Assembly: GCA_033442325.1 (NCBI GenBank)
Contig: JAWQFM010000008.1
Location: 803,194 to 867,193 of the forward strand
From: Salpingoeca rosetta
Taxonomy: Eukaryota; Protista; Choanoflagellata
Length of the DNA stretch: 64,000 bases
Direction of reading: 5' to 3'
Both the position numbers and the translations under genes were made by a program. Positions 1 through 29,923 of this stretch are shown one piece after another. The first letter of the stretch is position 1. The number at the start of each line of letters is the position of its first letter. Under the pieces are notes generated by a model that worked only from the letters and a program-made list of their open reading frames with translations, was not told where the DNA came from and ran no database searches.

Positions 1-284
1 GTGTGTGTGTGTGTGTTAGGTGGGCTCTGCCTGGCTCGTGCGCGCACACACGTGTGTGTAAGCATGTCTGCCAATGGACGTCGCGCGTGTGTATATAACC
101 CACTCTCTACATGCTGCCATCACTGACAGAGCGTGTTTGCTTGCAAGGAGCCCGTGCGCGCGTACTCTCTCTCTATGTAAGTGGTCGGTGGTGACTGCAT
201 TTGTGTATGTGCTCGCTAGTGAGAAAGGCGGATGCTCGTGCCGCTCCCGCTGATGATGATGACAGCACCCGCTGTCACTACACA

Positions 285-337
<53 letters not shown>

Positions 338-485
338 GCACGCACGCAGGTTTGACGAGCGCTTTGACGAGCTGGAGGGCGAAGAATCTCTGTGACGGGC
401 GCCGTGCATACGGGCGGTGTGGACACCGAATAGCGAAAGGGGGGGGGGAGGGAAGAAGGGTGATCATGTAGCACTTGTATCCATG

Positions 486-520
<35 letters not shown>

Positions 521-753
521 CTGTGGTGGATGACGGTATTCTGTACGAACGTGATGGTGGCAACTGCAGGCAGCGTGTGCGTGTGATGGGAGCTGACACA
601 TGAGAGAGATGGTAGTCATGAGCGCTGTAATTGCAGCAGACGGCTGAGGAGACAGAGAGGGAGCGAAGAGTGGGGGTTCTTGCATTAAATGAATCGACGA
701 CACACAGCAACAGAAGGACGCAGATGACAATGGCGGATTCTGTGTGTATGTGT

Positions 754-801
<48 letters not shown>

Positions 802-818
802 AGATACGACACGACAAT

Positions 819-820
<2 letters not shown>

Positions 821-889
<69 letters not shown>

Positions 890-1757
890 AATGCGAACGG
901 AACTTGCTCGCTCACTCGCTCACTCCTCACTCATTATGTGCCGTGCACATTCCTCTTCCCCCACCCCCAACCACAGGTGCGCTGATCTGAGGACGTGCAC
1001 GGAGACGCAATACGAGGATGCAGCGCCAACGGCGACAACAGACAGAGGTGATGAGCGCGCGTGCGAATGGCTGTGGAATGTGATTTGCGTTGTGTCCTGT
1101 GTCTTGTTGAGTTGCGCTGATCGCTGCTGGAACTCTTCTGATTGCACACATGGCGGTGCTCACACCCATATCTATCGCCTCTCCTGCTTGCGATCCCTTG
1201 TCTGCCACTGCCACTGCCACTGATGGATTGCCTTGCGTTGTCTCACCTACTCCCTTCCCCCGTGCTTGTCTACAGTGTGCCGCGCGCGCTCTGAGCTGCA
1301 CACCTTCCGCGTGTGGATGAATGCGAGCTACGTGGAGTATGCGCTTGCCTCGCCATCCCACGAACTGGAATCGGCGCTCGAGTCCACCTTGCGGGAGCGC
1401 GTGGCGGCTGTGCGCGGATACGTCGAAGTTGTGCTGGAAGAAAATTCCGTTCTCGCTGAAGACCGGACAGTTGCCAATGTGTCCGCGCGCTCCGTGGCCG
1501 CACGTGCCCAGGTGGAGGCGCTGGGCGAGTTTGAGGTTGAGGTTCAAGGCACAGCCATCCTCTCTGTGCTGTACACGGAGGACGAGGCCATTGCGGCGGC
1601 AAAGCAGGCGTACCTGGCAGCCCTCGGGGATGGGGAGGCGGCTGCCCGCGCTGCTGCGGAACAGGCATACGAGAACGCACACGGCATGCGCAACTTCACC
1701 ACCGCCTGGCGTCGTTTGTGAGTGAATGAGCGATGCTCTGTGTGTGTGTGTGTGTGT
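821..1757 (+). repeat. Near-identical second copy of 58166-59110 (last visible exons of the Cys-rich repeat gene), next to the assembly gap
   Basis: ORFs 891..1223 and 58244..58576 are identical (offset 57353). The copy starts and ends inside (TG)n tracts. Confidence 0.9.
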
Positions 1758-1857
1758 NNNNNNNNNNNNNNNNNNNNNNNNNNNNNNNNNNNNNNNNNNN
1801 NNNNNNNNNNNNNNNNNNNNNNNNNNNNNNNNNNNNNNNNNNNNNNNNNNNNNNNNN
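1758..1857. other. Assembly gap (100 N)
   Basis: Run of N. Confidence 0.99.
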
Positions 1858-1904
1858 GATGACGAGGAGGAGGAGGAGGAACCGTTGCTCGAGTCACAGT
1901 CGAG

Positions 1905-3760
1905 CTATTCTGGCCGCCGCCTGCGTGCGGTTGAGGCGGGGCCCGTGTGACCTCGTGGTGGGCTCCGCATCAGCAGCAACGCTGCCGCTGTTCCTCCCCT
2001 GCCATCGTCACCAAAGCTGTGACCGCCGTCCTCATCCTCTTCGCGTTCACTGCCATCGCCACCACCATCGTGCAAGTGCTCTTGTCTCCTCATTGCATCC
2101 GGTCGCACGTTACTCTTCAGATTCAGCCCTGAAAACCCACCACGGTGACTGCCGCTGCTGCCGCTGCTGCCATACGCAGCTCGCCTGTCGTCAACACTGT
2201 GGTCGCTCCTGTCCCTGTGCTGTGCACTCCTGCTCCACAGCTGGGGGCTGGTCACCACGAGCTCGCTTCCAAAGTGTGCAGCACTGCTGTTGCCGGCGCC
2301 GCCGCCGCTGCTGCTGCGAATGTGCCCAACGCTGTTGCCACCACTGCCACTGCCACTGCCGCTGCCGTCACCGCTGCTTCTGCGGCGTGGGATGTTCAGC
2401 ACATCGAGGCGCGGTGTGGATGCAAGTGTTGGCGACAGGCGCGGGAGGCCCTCACTGCGTCGCCCAAGCACACTGCGCTCGCCAAGACGACCGCTCAGGC
2501 TCAAATTGCCCCCAGCACCAGCACCAGCACCATCACCTCGACGGCTACCGCCATCGTCATTGCCATCGTCATCGCCATCATTACCGTCACCATCACTGCC
2601 ACTGCCACTGTGGTCATCGTAGTCGTCCCAGTGCAGACGCTGCTTCACGAGATCGCGTGGATCCGTGTCCGACGATGAGTCATCGTCGCTGTCGTACGGG
2701 CCACTGAGTATCGCAGCAACAACCACCACCACCATCAGAACAGCAGCGGCGCAACGCACACGTGAGTCGTACACATTTCATCCACCAACAAAGACAGGGG
2801 GAGAGTGTGGGAGGAGAACGAGTGTGGAGAAAAGAGAGAGAGAGTGTGTGTGTGTGTGTGTGCACGTATGTGCATGTGCAAGTGTGTGCAAATGTGTGTG
2901 TGTATGCACGTGTGTGCATGTGTGTGAGTGTGCACGTGTGTGTGCATGTGTGTGTGTGTGGAGGTGGAGGTGGGGAAGGAGCGGTGATCAGTCCTTGCAT
3001 AAGCATACACAAATACGCACGCACGCACACACACACCTGAATCGTCGCTTGCCGGTTGAAGCTGGACTGGAAACGACGCTGTCGTCATTGTCCTGAGCAG
3101 CGCAGCAGCACAGATGAAAACAGAGGGGTGAGTGACAGTGAAAGAGACAATGGGTGAGTGGGTGTGGGAGTGTGAGAGTGTGTGCATGTATGGGACAGAC
3201 ACACGGGCAACGCACGTACGCACGCATACTGCACAGCAGCTGTGCTGCGGAGAAATAGGAACGCGCAAGCAAGCACGGCAGAGCCAACGCGAACAAGTTG
3301 CATGATTCATCGAACCTGATTCTCGCTGCATGCGACGATGTCAGAGGAACAGCAGCAGCAGCAACAACAACACCAAAGCAAATGAAAAGCCATTTCGGTG
3401 GATGGGAGGGTGCACATGTGAAGGTGCGAAGCAATGTGACAGGGGAAGGGGTGCCGGTTGGAAACAAGGGCTACACGTTCGTTGAGTCCATGACATTGGC
3501 CGATGTGTACTGCGCCTCTTTGCTCTTGACGATACGTACCTCTCTGATGGTGTGATCAGGGTGCATGAATTCTGCCAGCACGCAACACGAAATCAAGTGA
3601 CTGTTATACTCGTGTGTCTTTTCCCACACCAGTAATGTTGGCTTTCCTCTCTCTCTCTCTCTTCTCCTGGCGTCTTACACCCACACACCCACGCACGCAC
3701 ACATCCACGCACACACACACACACACCCACACCCACACACACACACACACACACACACCC

Positions 3761-3858
<98 letters not shown>

Positions 3859-5074
3859 CCACCCACCCACCGACACACACCCACACGCACGCACCAGGGA
3901 GGAAGGGATGCGTTCGGCAGCGGCGGTGAGCCACCAGATGCAGGCGGTGGTGATGACGTCTGGGGACAGGCCAAGCAGCATGTGCACGGCAGCAGCAAGC
4001 AATAGCAGCGCAACTGCACTCACACACAAAGGGTGCAGAGACGGTCGATGTAAGCTCATTTGAAGTGGCATGCAAGCAGACACACACACACACGCACCCC
4101 GCATGTAGACGCACACGTACACGCACGTTCACGCAAACACACACCGCACACACACACACCGCACGTACGCACGTACACGCATGTAGACGCACACGTACAC
4201 ACACGTTCACGCAAACACACACCGCACACACACATGAGGTACGTACAGAGAAAGATGTTGGGGACGAGGAAGGGCAGAGGGGTGGAGGTGATGTGGCGCC
4301 AGGTTCGTCGCACAAGCCGCGATCTCAGCGGCTCTGTGCGCAGAAGTTCACGTGCACTCGGTCTAACATAGAGATGCAATGATCGTGGGTGGTTGAGCCA
4401 CAAGCGTGCACAGTGCCTTTGAGCTGTTTGAACTATAGACAGTGCCCACACAGACCATCACAAACAGCTGTCATCACAAACCCACGACATAGCACACGAA
4501 CAAACCATTGTCCCCAATGTTAGCACCAGCAGCAGCATCACCACCGCCACCACCAACCTGTGGTCGGGGTTGACGGACACGAGCCACTCGAGGACGCGTC
4601 GAAGGTCCGGCGACGTCGCATGCGGATCAAGAAAAGTGCTGGGCAACGACCCTGGGCACGGTGGTGTGGTGATTGCACGGTTGAGCAAACAAGGCAGGAT
4701 GAACGCGTGTGTGCAGCAGCAACATCGCTTCTCCTACAACAATTACGACTGCTAAATCTTCTTCTTCTATGCACACCAGCTTCGAGGCAGCGCAGCCAAC
4801 CCAAAGCTCACGTCACACACTCCCCATGAGCATCCACCCCATGAGTAGCACCACAGCGCACCTCTTCGGATGCTGTTGTATGCCTCGCTGCCGCCGCGCG
4901 GGAGTAGGAAGCCGCTGCGAAGGCCAGCCATCGTCAGGCCGAGACTACAAAGCCGCACAACATAAAAGGACGTTGAGGGGAGGATGGATGGTGCACCCGC
5001 AGCAACAGCACACAAGATCAGGACAAGCGTTACGTTTCGCTGAGGCACGCCTTGTTCACAGACACACACACACA

Positions 5075-5119
<45 letters not shown>

Positions 5120-5603
5120 ACACACACACACACACCACACACACACCTGAACATGTCTGATTTGTGAGACGGGGCGTGGATCGCTTCGGGCGCCATGATG
5201 ATGCCATCGCCGTCAGCACCAAAGCGGGCCGCACCAGAGGACGTCACTTGTGCAGATGCCACGCCAAAGTCTGCAAGCACGCACGCAGTTGGCTCGACAG
5301 GGTCACGTGCGCCGGAGGGGAGGAGCCGGGGGCCGCACAGGATGTTGTCGTCCTTGAAGTCCTTGTGGACGACACCGTGCTGCGACAAGTGATGCAGCGC
5401 CTGCGTGGTGACGGGAAGGGCAAGGGGGGGGGCAAGGGGGAAGGGGTCAGAAGGCAAGGGGATGACATGTACGAACATACGCAGGTGTGGTTGTGTGTGT
5501 GTGTGATTTGATTTGTTTGGGTGGGCATAATCCTAGCACATTGTATTGAGCCAACACACGCATTCAGCACAACACACGCACACGCACACGCACACGCACA
5601 CGC

Positions 5604-5659
<56 letters not shown>

Positions 5660-5666
5660 ACACACG

Positions 5667-5701
<35 letters not shown>

Positions 5702-5930
5702 ACACAACCAAGAACAACACAAAAATACATGCACACAGACACATAAGTGTACATGCACACGTAGGGTGTTGGGCGCCAGGAATCGCACCAGGGTCATGTC
5801 GAGGAGGTAGGTCCACACGTGGTCTTCGTCCACCTTGTGGTCAGGCCCAAGCATCCACTCTTCTTTCAGCGTTCGTGGATAATATGGCATCTGGATCACC
5901 CAGTGCCTGCGCACGAGCATGAACACGCGC

Positions 5931-5983
<53 letters not shown>

Positions 5984-6041
5984 CGTGATTGTGGCGGGGG
6001 GAAGGGCCGTCCGTGAGCACTTGGATCTGCTTGGCGCTGTC

Positions 6042-6103
<62 letters not shown>

Positions 6104-6371
6104 GGAAAAGCAATGCAAGGGATGAAACACACTTTTGGGACGCGGTCTCCTCGGTGAGACGGGTGATGCGGCAGGGGATGCAGTGGGGATGGGGGTTCAG
6201 CAGCTCCATGATCGTCTTCTCGGGCGCCTGCAGCACACCGACACATGATCACGGTGCACAGCCTCAGCAATAATGATGTTGAAAGGTCTAGTCGTAGCAC
6301 ATCTCAGCGAGCGTAACCAGCCGCCACCCTCGCGTGCGCGTGCACACCCACACATACACAGACACACGTAT

Positions 6372-6409
<38 letters not shown>

Positions 6410-7232
6410 GCATAAGTCTTACCTCTGCAATCTTGAGAACGCACACGACTTCATTGTCTCGTTTCACGAGGTGAACCTTTGTATTCTTCGCCTGACCCAG
6501 CACACAGTCTTCCGGCAGCATCTGCCAGCCAGGCACAGCAAGGTGAGGGGAGGGGGTGGGAGATAAGCGGCAGCGACAGGGAGTTGCAGTGCACTGTGGT
6601 GCAGAAGCAGCAGCGGGCCTCAGCCCCCAGCCGTGGCGGGTCGAAACAGGTGCTCACGGGGCTCTCTGAATACTTCTGTCTGTGCATCCACACCTTACTC
6701 CACCATGTTCGTACACAGCCAGCGCACTCACCCGCTCGAGTGCTTCCTTGAAATGCGGGGCGTTGCGATCCCTCTCTGTTCATCAGCAGTGGGTTTGTTG
6801 GGTGGCAACACACGGTCCATCAGTACGCAGAAGGTACGGGGAGGGAAAAGTGCAACAGTCTGCGCATGAGTGGCTGTGAGCAGCTCGATGGGTGGGAGTG
6901 TAGTCGAAACAAGTTTGTGCAAGTTCGTGCAAGTTCGTGCAAGCACTGCAGGTTTGGGCTTACGTGGCGATCCTGCCGGCTGTACACCGCTGCTCTCGAC
7001 CAGAACCAGCAACGCGATGACACAGGCGCGCAAGCACACACACACACACAAGCACACGCGAACATTTGTCAGTATCCACGCAAAGGCACACACGAGGCAG
7101 GGGGACCGAAAGACGGAGAGGCAGGCAAAGAGACAGAGACTCTGTGGGAGAGAGGGGAGAGGAAGAGACAGGTGGACAGACACGCACGCAGAGGCAAAGA
7201 AACAGAGAGAGACAGAGAGAGAGATCACGCAT

Positions 7233-7292
<60 letters not shown>

Positions 7293-7404
7293 GAGCGCCA
7301 AACAACCACCTTTTCTTCACAAATGAGGCGTTCAAGAGGTTCGGTGTTGGTCTCCCTTTCGGCGACGATACAATGAGTGACGCGTCTGGCGATATTGTCG
7401 CCAT
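1905..7404 (-). CDS. Wee1/Myt1-family protein kinase, Myt1 (PKMYT1)-like, multi-exon, with hydrophobic segments after the kinase domain
   Basis: ATG at 7404 ([21 protein letters not shown]). Spliced exons give [18 protein letters not shown] (~6423-6525), [16 protein letters not shown] (~6132-6228), [10 protein letters not shown]|[39 protein letters not shown] (~5148-5905), [29 protein letters not shown] (~4861-4944) and [22 protein letters not shown]|PSARELL. The LPxGG..IRxG and GDxxxMAPE signatures are typical of Wee1/Myt1. A hydrophobic exon follows at ~3894-4040 and a Ser/Asp-rich tail at 1905-~2704. The 3' exon linkage is less certain. Confidence 0.8.
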
Positions 7405-7648
7405 GGCTAACTATTGTCTATCCACACCAGCAGCCTTGTCGATTCGACAAAGGGACAGGCCTTCGAGCGTGTCGCGAGCTGTGCAGTTTGCGCGGCAAAA
7501 TGTAACGTCTGTGTCACACCGCACTGTGTGCCGTGTGCCGCTGCCACCAAAAACGACTCACTCACTCAAACACACACTCGCACACGCGCGCGCAAATAAA
7601 CGAAGCACACACGCTGTGTTTGGTTGCAGTGTTCCTTCAGTCGCTTGT

Positions 7649-7685
<37 letters not shown>

Positions 7686-7863
7686 GTCGATGAGTGCAGT
7701 GCTGCTTCTTGCTGGCTGGTGGTGGTGTCGGTTGATGACGGTTGATGATGAGGATGATGATGATGACAATGACGCGACGGAAAAAACGGCTGCCGCCTTT
7801 TTTTTTCATTAGTTGCGCATCAAATAAAACGCTAGAGCACAGTGAAGGAAAAGGTGGACGCAC

Positions 7864-7880
7864 TTCCCGCGCAAATCAAA
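7864..7880. promoter_or_regulatory. E2F-like site upstream of the Myt1-like kinase
   Basis: TTCCCGCGCAAATCAAA. A second E2F-like TTTGCGCGGCAAAA lies at 7487-7500. Confidence 0.35.
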
Positions 7881-7886
7881 ATCGTA

Positions 7887-8135
7887 CTAATCGTACAGCA
7901 GTGCTCGCTTGTGGCGGTTGACATGCGAGTCGAGCGAGTCGATGAGGGGTTTCAGCACATCATCAACACTTGAACAAGTCATCAGGAGGCGACTGGCAAC
8001 CAACAGCAACAACCGCGACAACTCACACTTCAAGCCGGCATACGAGGCGTCGTTGGAAGCGCCCTGCTCTTTGCTGACTGACTCACATGACAACTCCTCA
8101 CCCATTCTGGCCTTTCTGGGTTGTGACGGCAAATG
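7887..8135 (-). CDS. Possible terminal exon of a small unknown gene
   Basis: Non-repetitive ~80-codon frame (..LSRLLLLVASRLLMTCSSVDDVLKPLIDSLDSHVNRHKRALLYD*) after a ctgcag acceptor. No recognisable domain. Confidence 0.2.
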   Translation of the reverse strand, partial: HLPSQPRKARMGEELSCESVSKEQGASNDASYAGLKCELSRLLLLVASRLLMTCSSVDDVLKPLIDSLDSHVNRHKRALLYD

Positions 8136-9019
8136 CTGCAGTCGGCCTTGAATTGTTCAAAACTGTCAAGGAAAGTTCACAAGGTTCGGATCTCCTTTGT
8201 TTGGTGCTCAAGGTGTTCTGTCCTTCTTCACACCACACACACGCACACGCACACATACACACACACACGCACACGCACACGCACACCGCACACGCACACA
8301 CACATGAGGACGCCTTGCACCCGTGACAGGCAAGCAAAGAAGCAAGCAAGAAGACCTTCAGTGTTCGTCATCATGCTGTTGTTCTTCTGTTCCGAACCAA
8401 CAAAGGGACAACACTGCCACCAACGCATAAGCGGGCACGCATGCATGCATGCAAGGCAAAGGGCCAAAGCGCCAAGGTCACCCGCGCCATGAACAGCTAG
8501 CCAGAACGACCGACAATGACACCGCGGAGAAGGTGGTCCATTGTCATTTACGCCAGCCAGCAGCAGATCAGAACATCTGACCAAGGGACATAGCACACAG
8601 CTACCACAACAACAACAACGGCTGCAGCCACTCGTCGTTGCAAGCACGCACACAGCACACCAACAATCGTTGCAAACACGCGTCTCCCTTGCACACTTGC
8701 ACAGCTGTCCAATCAGTGAGGTGAGACCCTCCAAGGCAACGTCACTGGCGCAGTCTTGTCAACAAACAAACAACCGACGACAACCTCAACAGCACCTCGA
8801 CACCTGTGTTGTGGACACCTTCTACAGACCGCTATAGCCTCGTCTCTTCTCATTCTCCCCTAAGCCACACACACACACACACACATACAGACACACACAC
8901 ACACGCACACATACAGACACACAGACACACACACACTCACATCAACGACCTTCGGAGCCTGAAGTCCTTGCCCTTCCCGAGTGTAGCACAGCGACAAGCA
9001 ACGCGCTCTCGAGGGCAGC

Positions 9020-10468
9020 ATGTCGACATCCCTTCGTCCACGCCCACGCCAAGCTCGCAGGAGCAGCGTCCACTCCAGCAGCAGCACACCAGCCAAGCAC
9101 ATCTTCGCCCCTTCCTTCATGGGCAGCATGACGTCCACCAAGGACTACGAGCGCGTCTTCGAGGCTGCACGCACCGGCAAATGCCACGTGATTCGCCAGC
9201 GCTCCTCAGATTGGGTGCGCACACATGGGCTCATTGAAGGCATGGGCTTTGTCTTTGACACCAAGGTCATCAAGCGCTGGACAGACGGCATCACATGGTG
9301 CGTTGATGCGCCTTTGTGTGCTTGTATGCGCGTGTGCGTGCGTGTGCTCGTGTGTGCGTGTGTGCGTGTGTGCGTGTGCGTGTGTGCGTGTGTGCGTGTG
9401 CCATCTCTTGCGCCTTGTGTGCCCTTGCGCCCTTGCATACCGTGCATGCATGCACGCAAACTCATCCCTTGCTTCTCCTCTTCCCCCTCCCCAACCGACA
9501 CGCCAGGTCCGATTCCATTCACCCGCATGGCGGAAATGTCATGATCTACCGTGAGCTCACGCGCCAGGCCACGCGGTCAAAACGCCTCAGTGAAGTGAAG
9601 GATGGCCTGCGCAAGAAAACGCTCAAGGACCCAAAGTCCACGCTCAAGGTCGTCTATTACTACAGAGAAAGGTGTGTGCGTGTGCGTGTGCTTGAGTGCT
9701 TGTGTATGGGGTGTGCGTGCGTGTGCTTGTGCTTGTGTATGGGTGTGTGTGTGTGCTTTTGTGCTTGTGCTTGTGTATGTGTGTGTGTGTGCGCTTTTGT
9801 GCTTGTGCGATGTGTTAGTACTTGTGCTTGCCTGTGCTTGTGTCTGTATCTGTGGTTGTTGCTCATACCCCACCGCCTCGCAACGCCCGTCCCCACAGAT
9901 CTGCAGATAAATACGGGACATTGACAATGTTCAACCCTGGAACAATGTACTCAGGCCACGACCAGAGCGAAATCGACAGTGAGTTGATCTGCCCACGCAT
10001 ACACGTGTACTCATGCCCTTGTGCTCATGAGTTGTGCGGAGTGTGCACGTGCTCTCCAAGATGCGAGGCAGGATGATGCTGTGCCATATCAGCATGCTCG
10101 TGGCTCAATCACTGACTTGTTTTCGTGCCATACTTGCTCTCCTCCAGGTGCCTTCTTTCTGCTCGGCCTGCGGGACCTTCGCGTTTACTGCCTCCCCAAT
10201 GGCAAGACACACAAGGAGTGGGCAAACTCCACAAGCCGCCCGGCGTCAGCGTCGCCCTCACCATCGGACACATCCGACGCCGCATCGGAGCCAGAGGTGC
10301 TCGTCGCCACCCCCAGTGCACATGTCCCGCGCGTGCGGGCAGCCGCGCCCAAGGCAGTGCGGCGACGCAGCAGTGGCGGACGCATGCTGCGTCCTACTGC
10401 CAAGCTGGCCAGGTCCTCGTCACAGCAGCTCTTTGGCCGCCCAGTATCGCCAGTCATGCCACCCATGC

Positions 10469-10511
<43 letters not shown>

Positions 10512-10947
10512 TGTGGTGCGGCCTCTACTCGATGGCAACGACATTCGCCCGCACAGCTCGGCATCAGACGCGGAGCCGGTTGCGCTTGTGGAGGAGGATG
10601 TGCAGCACATGCTCAGCAGACACGCTGGCAGCGACTCCCCTCACCCTGACGAAGAACGGTTGTACAGCAGTGACCAGCAACACATGCAGCAAATGCATTG
10701 GCAACAGTGTCCGCCGCCTCGTCAAATGATGACTTCCCCAACACCATCCTCGTCTTCGTCATCGCTTTCTTCAGCTGCCTCCTCATCCACCTCTTCGCCA
10801 CAAGACATGGCCACATCCCGTACAGCAGCAGCGGCAGCGGCAGCAGCACACCTGGCTTTCACTTCGTCGTGCGCGCCGCACATGTGGCACCCGGTTCCTC
10901 ACTACCACCGCCACATGTTGCCTCGATCTGATGTGTATTGTGAGTGA
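9020..10947 (+). CDS. WOPR (Gti1/Pac2; Wor1/Mit1/Ryp1-family) DNA-binding transcription factor with a Ser/Gln-rich C-terminus
   Basis: Exons 9020-9297, 9507-9671, 9899-9978 and 10148-10947 join in frame at GT-AG sites. WOPRa: PSFMGSMTSTKDYERVFEAARTG..GFVFDTKVIKRWTDGITW|SDSIHPHGGNVMIYREL. WOPRb: DGLRKKTLKDPKSTLKVVYYYRE. Poly-Q at ~10468-10510. Confidence 0.88.
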
Positions 10948-11986
10948 TGTGCTTGCTGTGGTGTGGCTCTATTCTTACCTGTCTTCACTCCCCTGTTGGT
11001 TCACCTCCCCCGCCCCCTTTGTCCTCCTGTCGATTCGACGCGTGTACAACTCGCTCATCCACAAGGACCTCCCTCTGTTTGTTTCGTTCAATGAGATGTA
11101 CTTGTGCCGAACAGCATGTGCTGGTTGCATGCTCCCTTCGATCCGTTGACTACCGCCTTCAAAGAACACTCCTCCTCTCGTCTAATGTGTGCCCCACCTC
11201 CGCCACAATTGTCCGTGGAGCTGATCGATCTGTCAGTCTCTGTCAGAGAGGCAAGTGTCTATTCGACGCATTTGCGGCCCTTTTCCCTTTGGCATGTATT
11301 GTTTACGCCCTCGCTTGTTTCGTGGTTATGGTAGTCATGTGATGCCTAGACTTGGTCGCGTTTCGCACACGCGCATGCAGAAAGAGCCCAACGGTAGCCA
11401 CGTTGTGACTGCTGTGTTCAGATGATGATACAAATCCCAATCAACCTACGACAATGATATGAGACACACGGTCAGGATGCCAGATAGAAGTCAATGGCAG
11501 AACGAAATTGGCAGATACAAGTAGTGGGGAAAGCGATTCTAAGACGAGGCGATAATGGACAAAGTGAGATGAGTGGCACGCCAGCGTTGCAGACACGAGA
11601 CTCACATCGGTTACACCAACGTGCGCAAAACAACGCGCACGAAGCATGGAAGCAAAGCACAACACACCATGACAGTTATGACAATCGCATCAGTGAGCAA
11701 TAAGGTGACATAGAACAAAGAACAAAATCCTTCACTTCGTTCCAGGGTCAAGAAGACAAGCAGACAAAGGACATGTCACAGCCCTGCCTTTTCGCGATGG
11801 GGCTGATACGAAAATAGACGTACACAAACAGACATAGGTAGACGCAGACACACACTTGCACACACTTGCACACACACACACACTTGCAGACAGACAGACG
11901 GACAGTCAGAGAGACAGGCGGACAGACAGACAGGCAGACAGACACAGACACAGACATACACACACACAGAGATACATGCGCACTGG

Positions 11987-21227
<9,241 letters not shown>

Positions 21228-21634
21228 CGCTGCCTCGCTTGCAAGCGCTGGTCCAGGATGTTGGTCTGTGTTGGATGGTCGATATATTGCTTGGCACACT
21301 CAAAATGGGAAGTCAAGCTGCTGCGTTCTGCGTGCGTGTGCCCGTATGTGTCTGTGTATGCGCGTGTGTGTGTGCTTGTGTGTGTGTGGTTGTGCTTGTA
21401 AGTGAGGGAGTCCTCGATGGCTGCCTGAGGCTTTGCGCTGCTCTTGAAAGGCGCAACGGTTGTGGAGGGTGCGAGATGTGTGATGGTTGGTTGGCTGGCT
21501 GGCTGGTAGTTGGGGAATTTCGCTCGTCGCTCAACCAGCGTCTCCCAACAAAAAATTTTTGAATCTGGCGGAGGGTCTGCCGCGACTTATTCGAATGTTT
21601 TGTGTGTCTTTGTGTCACACGTGCACACACACAT

Positions 21635-21671
<37 letters not shown>

Positions 21672-21685
21672 AACACCCACACGCA

Positions 21686-21748
<63 letters not shown>

Positions 21749-21993
21749 GCACACACACACACACACACACGCTCACCCCCCACCCCACCACACACACACA
21801 CGAATATGTAGCTTCAGTCCGATTGGTTCGTTCAAGTTCAATGCGAAATTAATATACATAAAATGTCATTGTCACATCACATAAGAGTAGCAAAAGGAAT
21901 GAAATGGGCAAAACAAAAGCACTCGTCCGCACTGCCCATGATGCCGACCACGTCCACACCAGGACCCTTCTACACCTTCCCCTCAACCAAACA

Positions 21994-29908
<7,915 letters not shown>

Positions 29909-29923
<15 letters not shown>

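Noticed and set aside
201-395. Possible 3' exons of an upstream gene (..FDERFDELEGEESL*)
   Set aside because: Too short, no convincing donor site and no recognisable domain.
7405-9019. Wor1-type autoregulatory site (TTAAAGTTT-like) upstream of WOPR
   Set aside because: Only a weak gaaagttc near 8171; not a credible match.
21228-21900. RFX X-box upstream of the CCP gene; TTTGAA at 21558
   Set aside because: No clear X-box half-site found, and the lone TTTGAA hexamer is too short to call.
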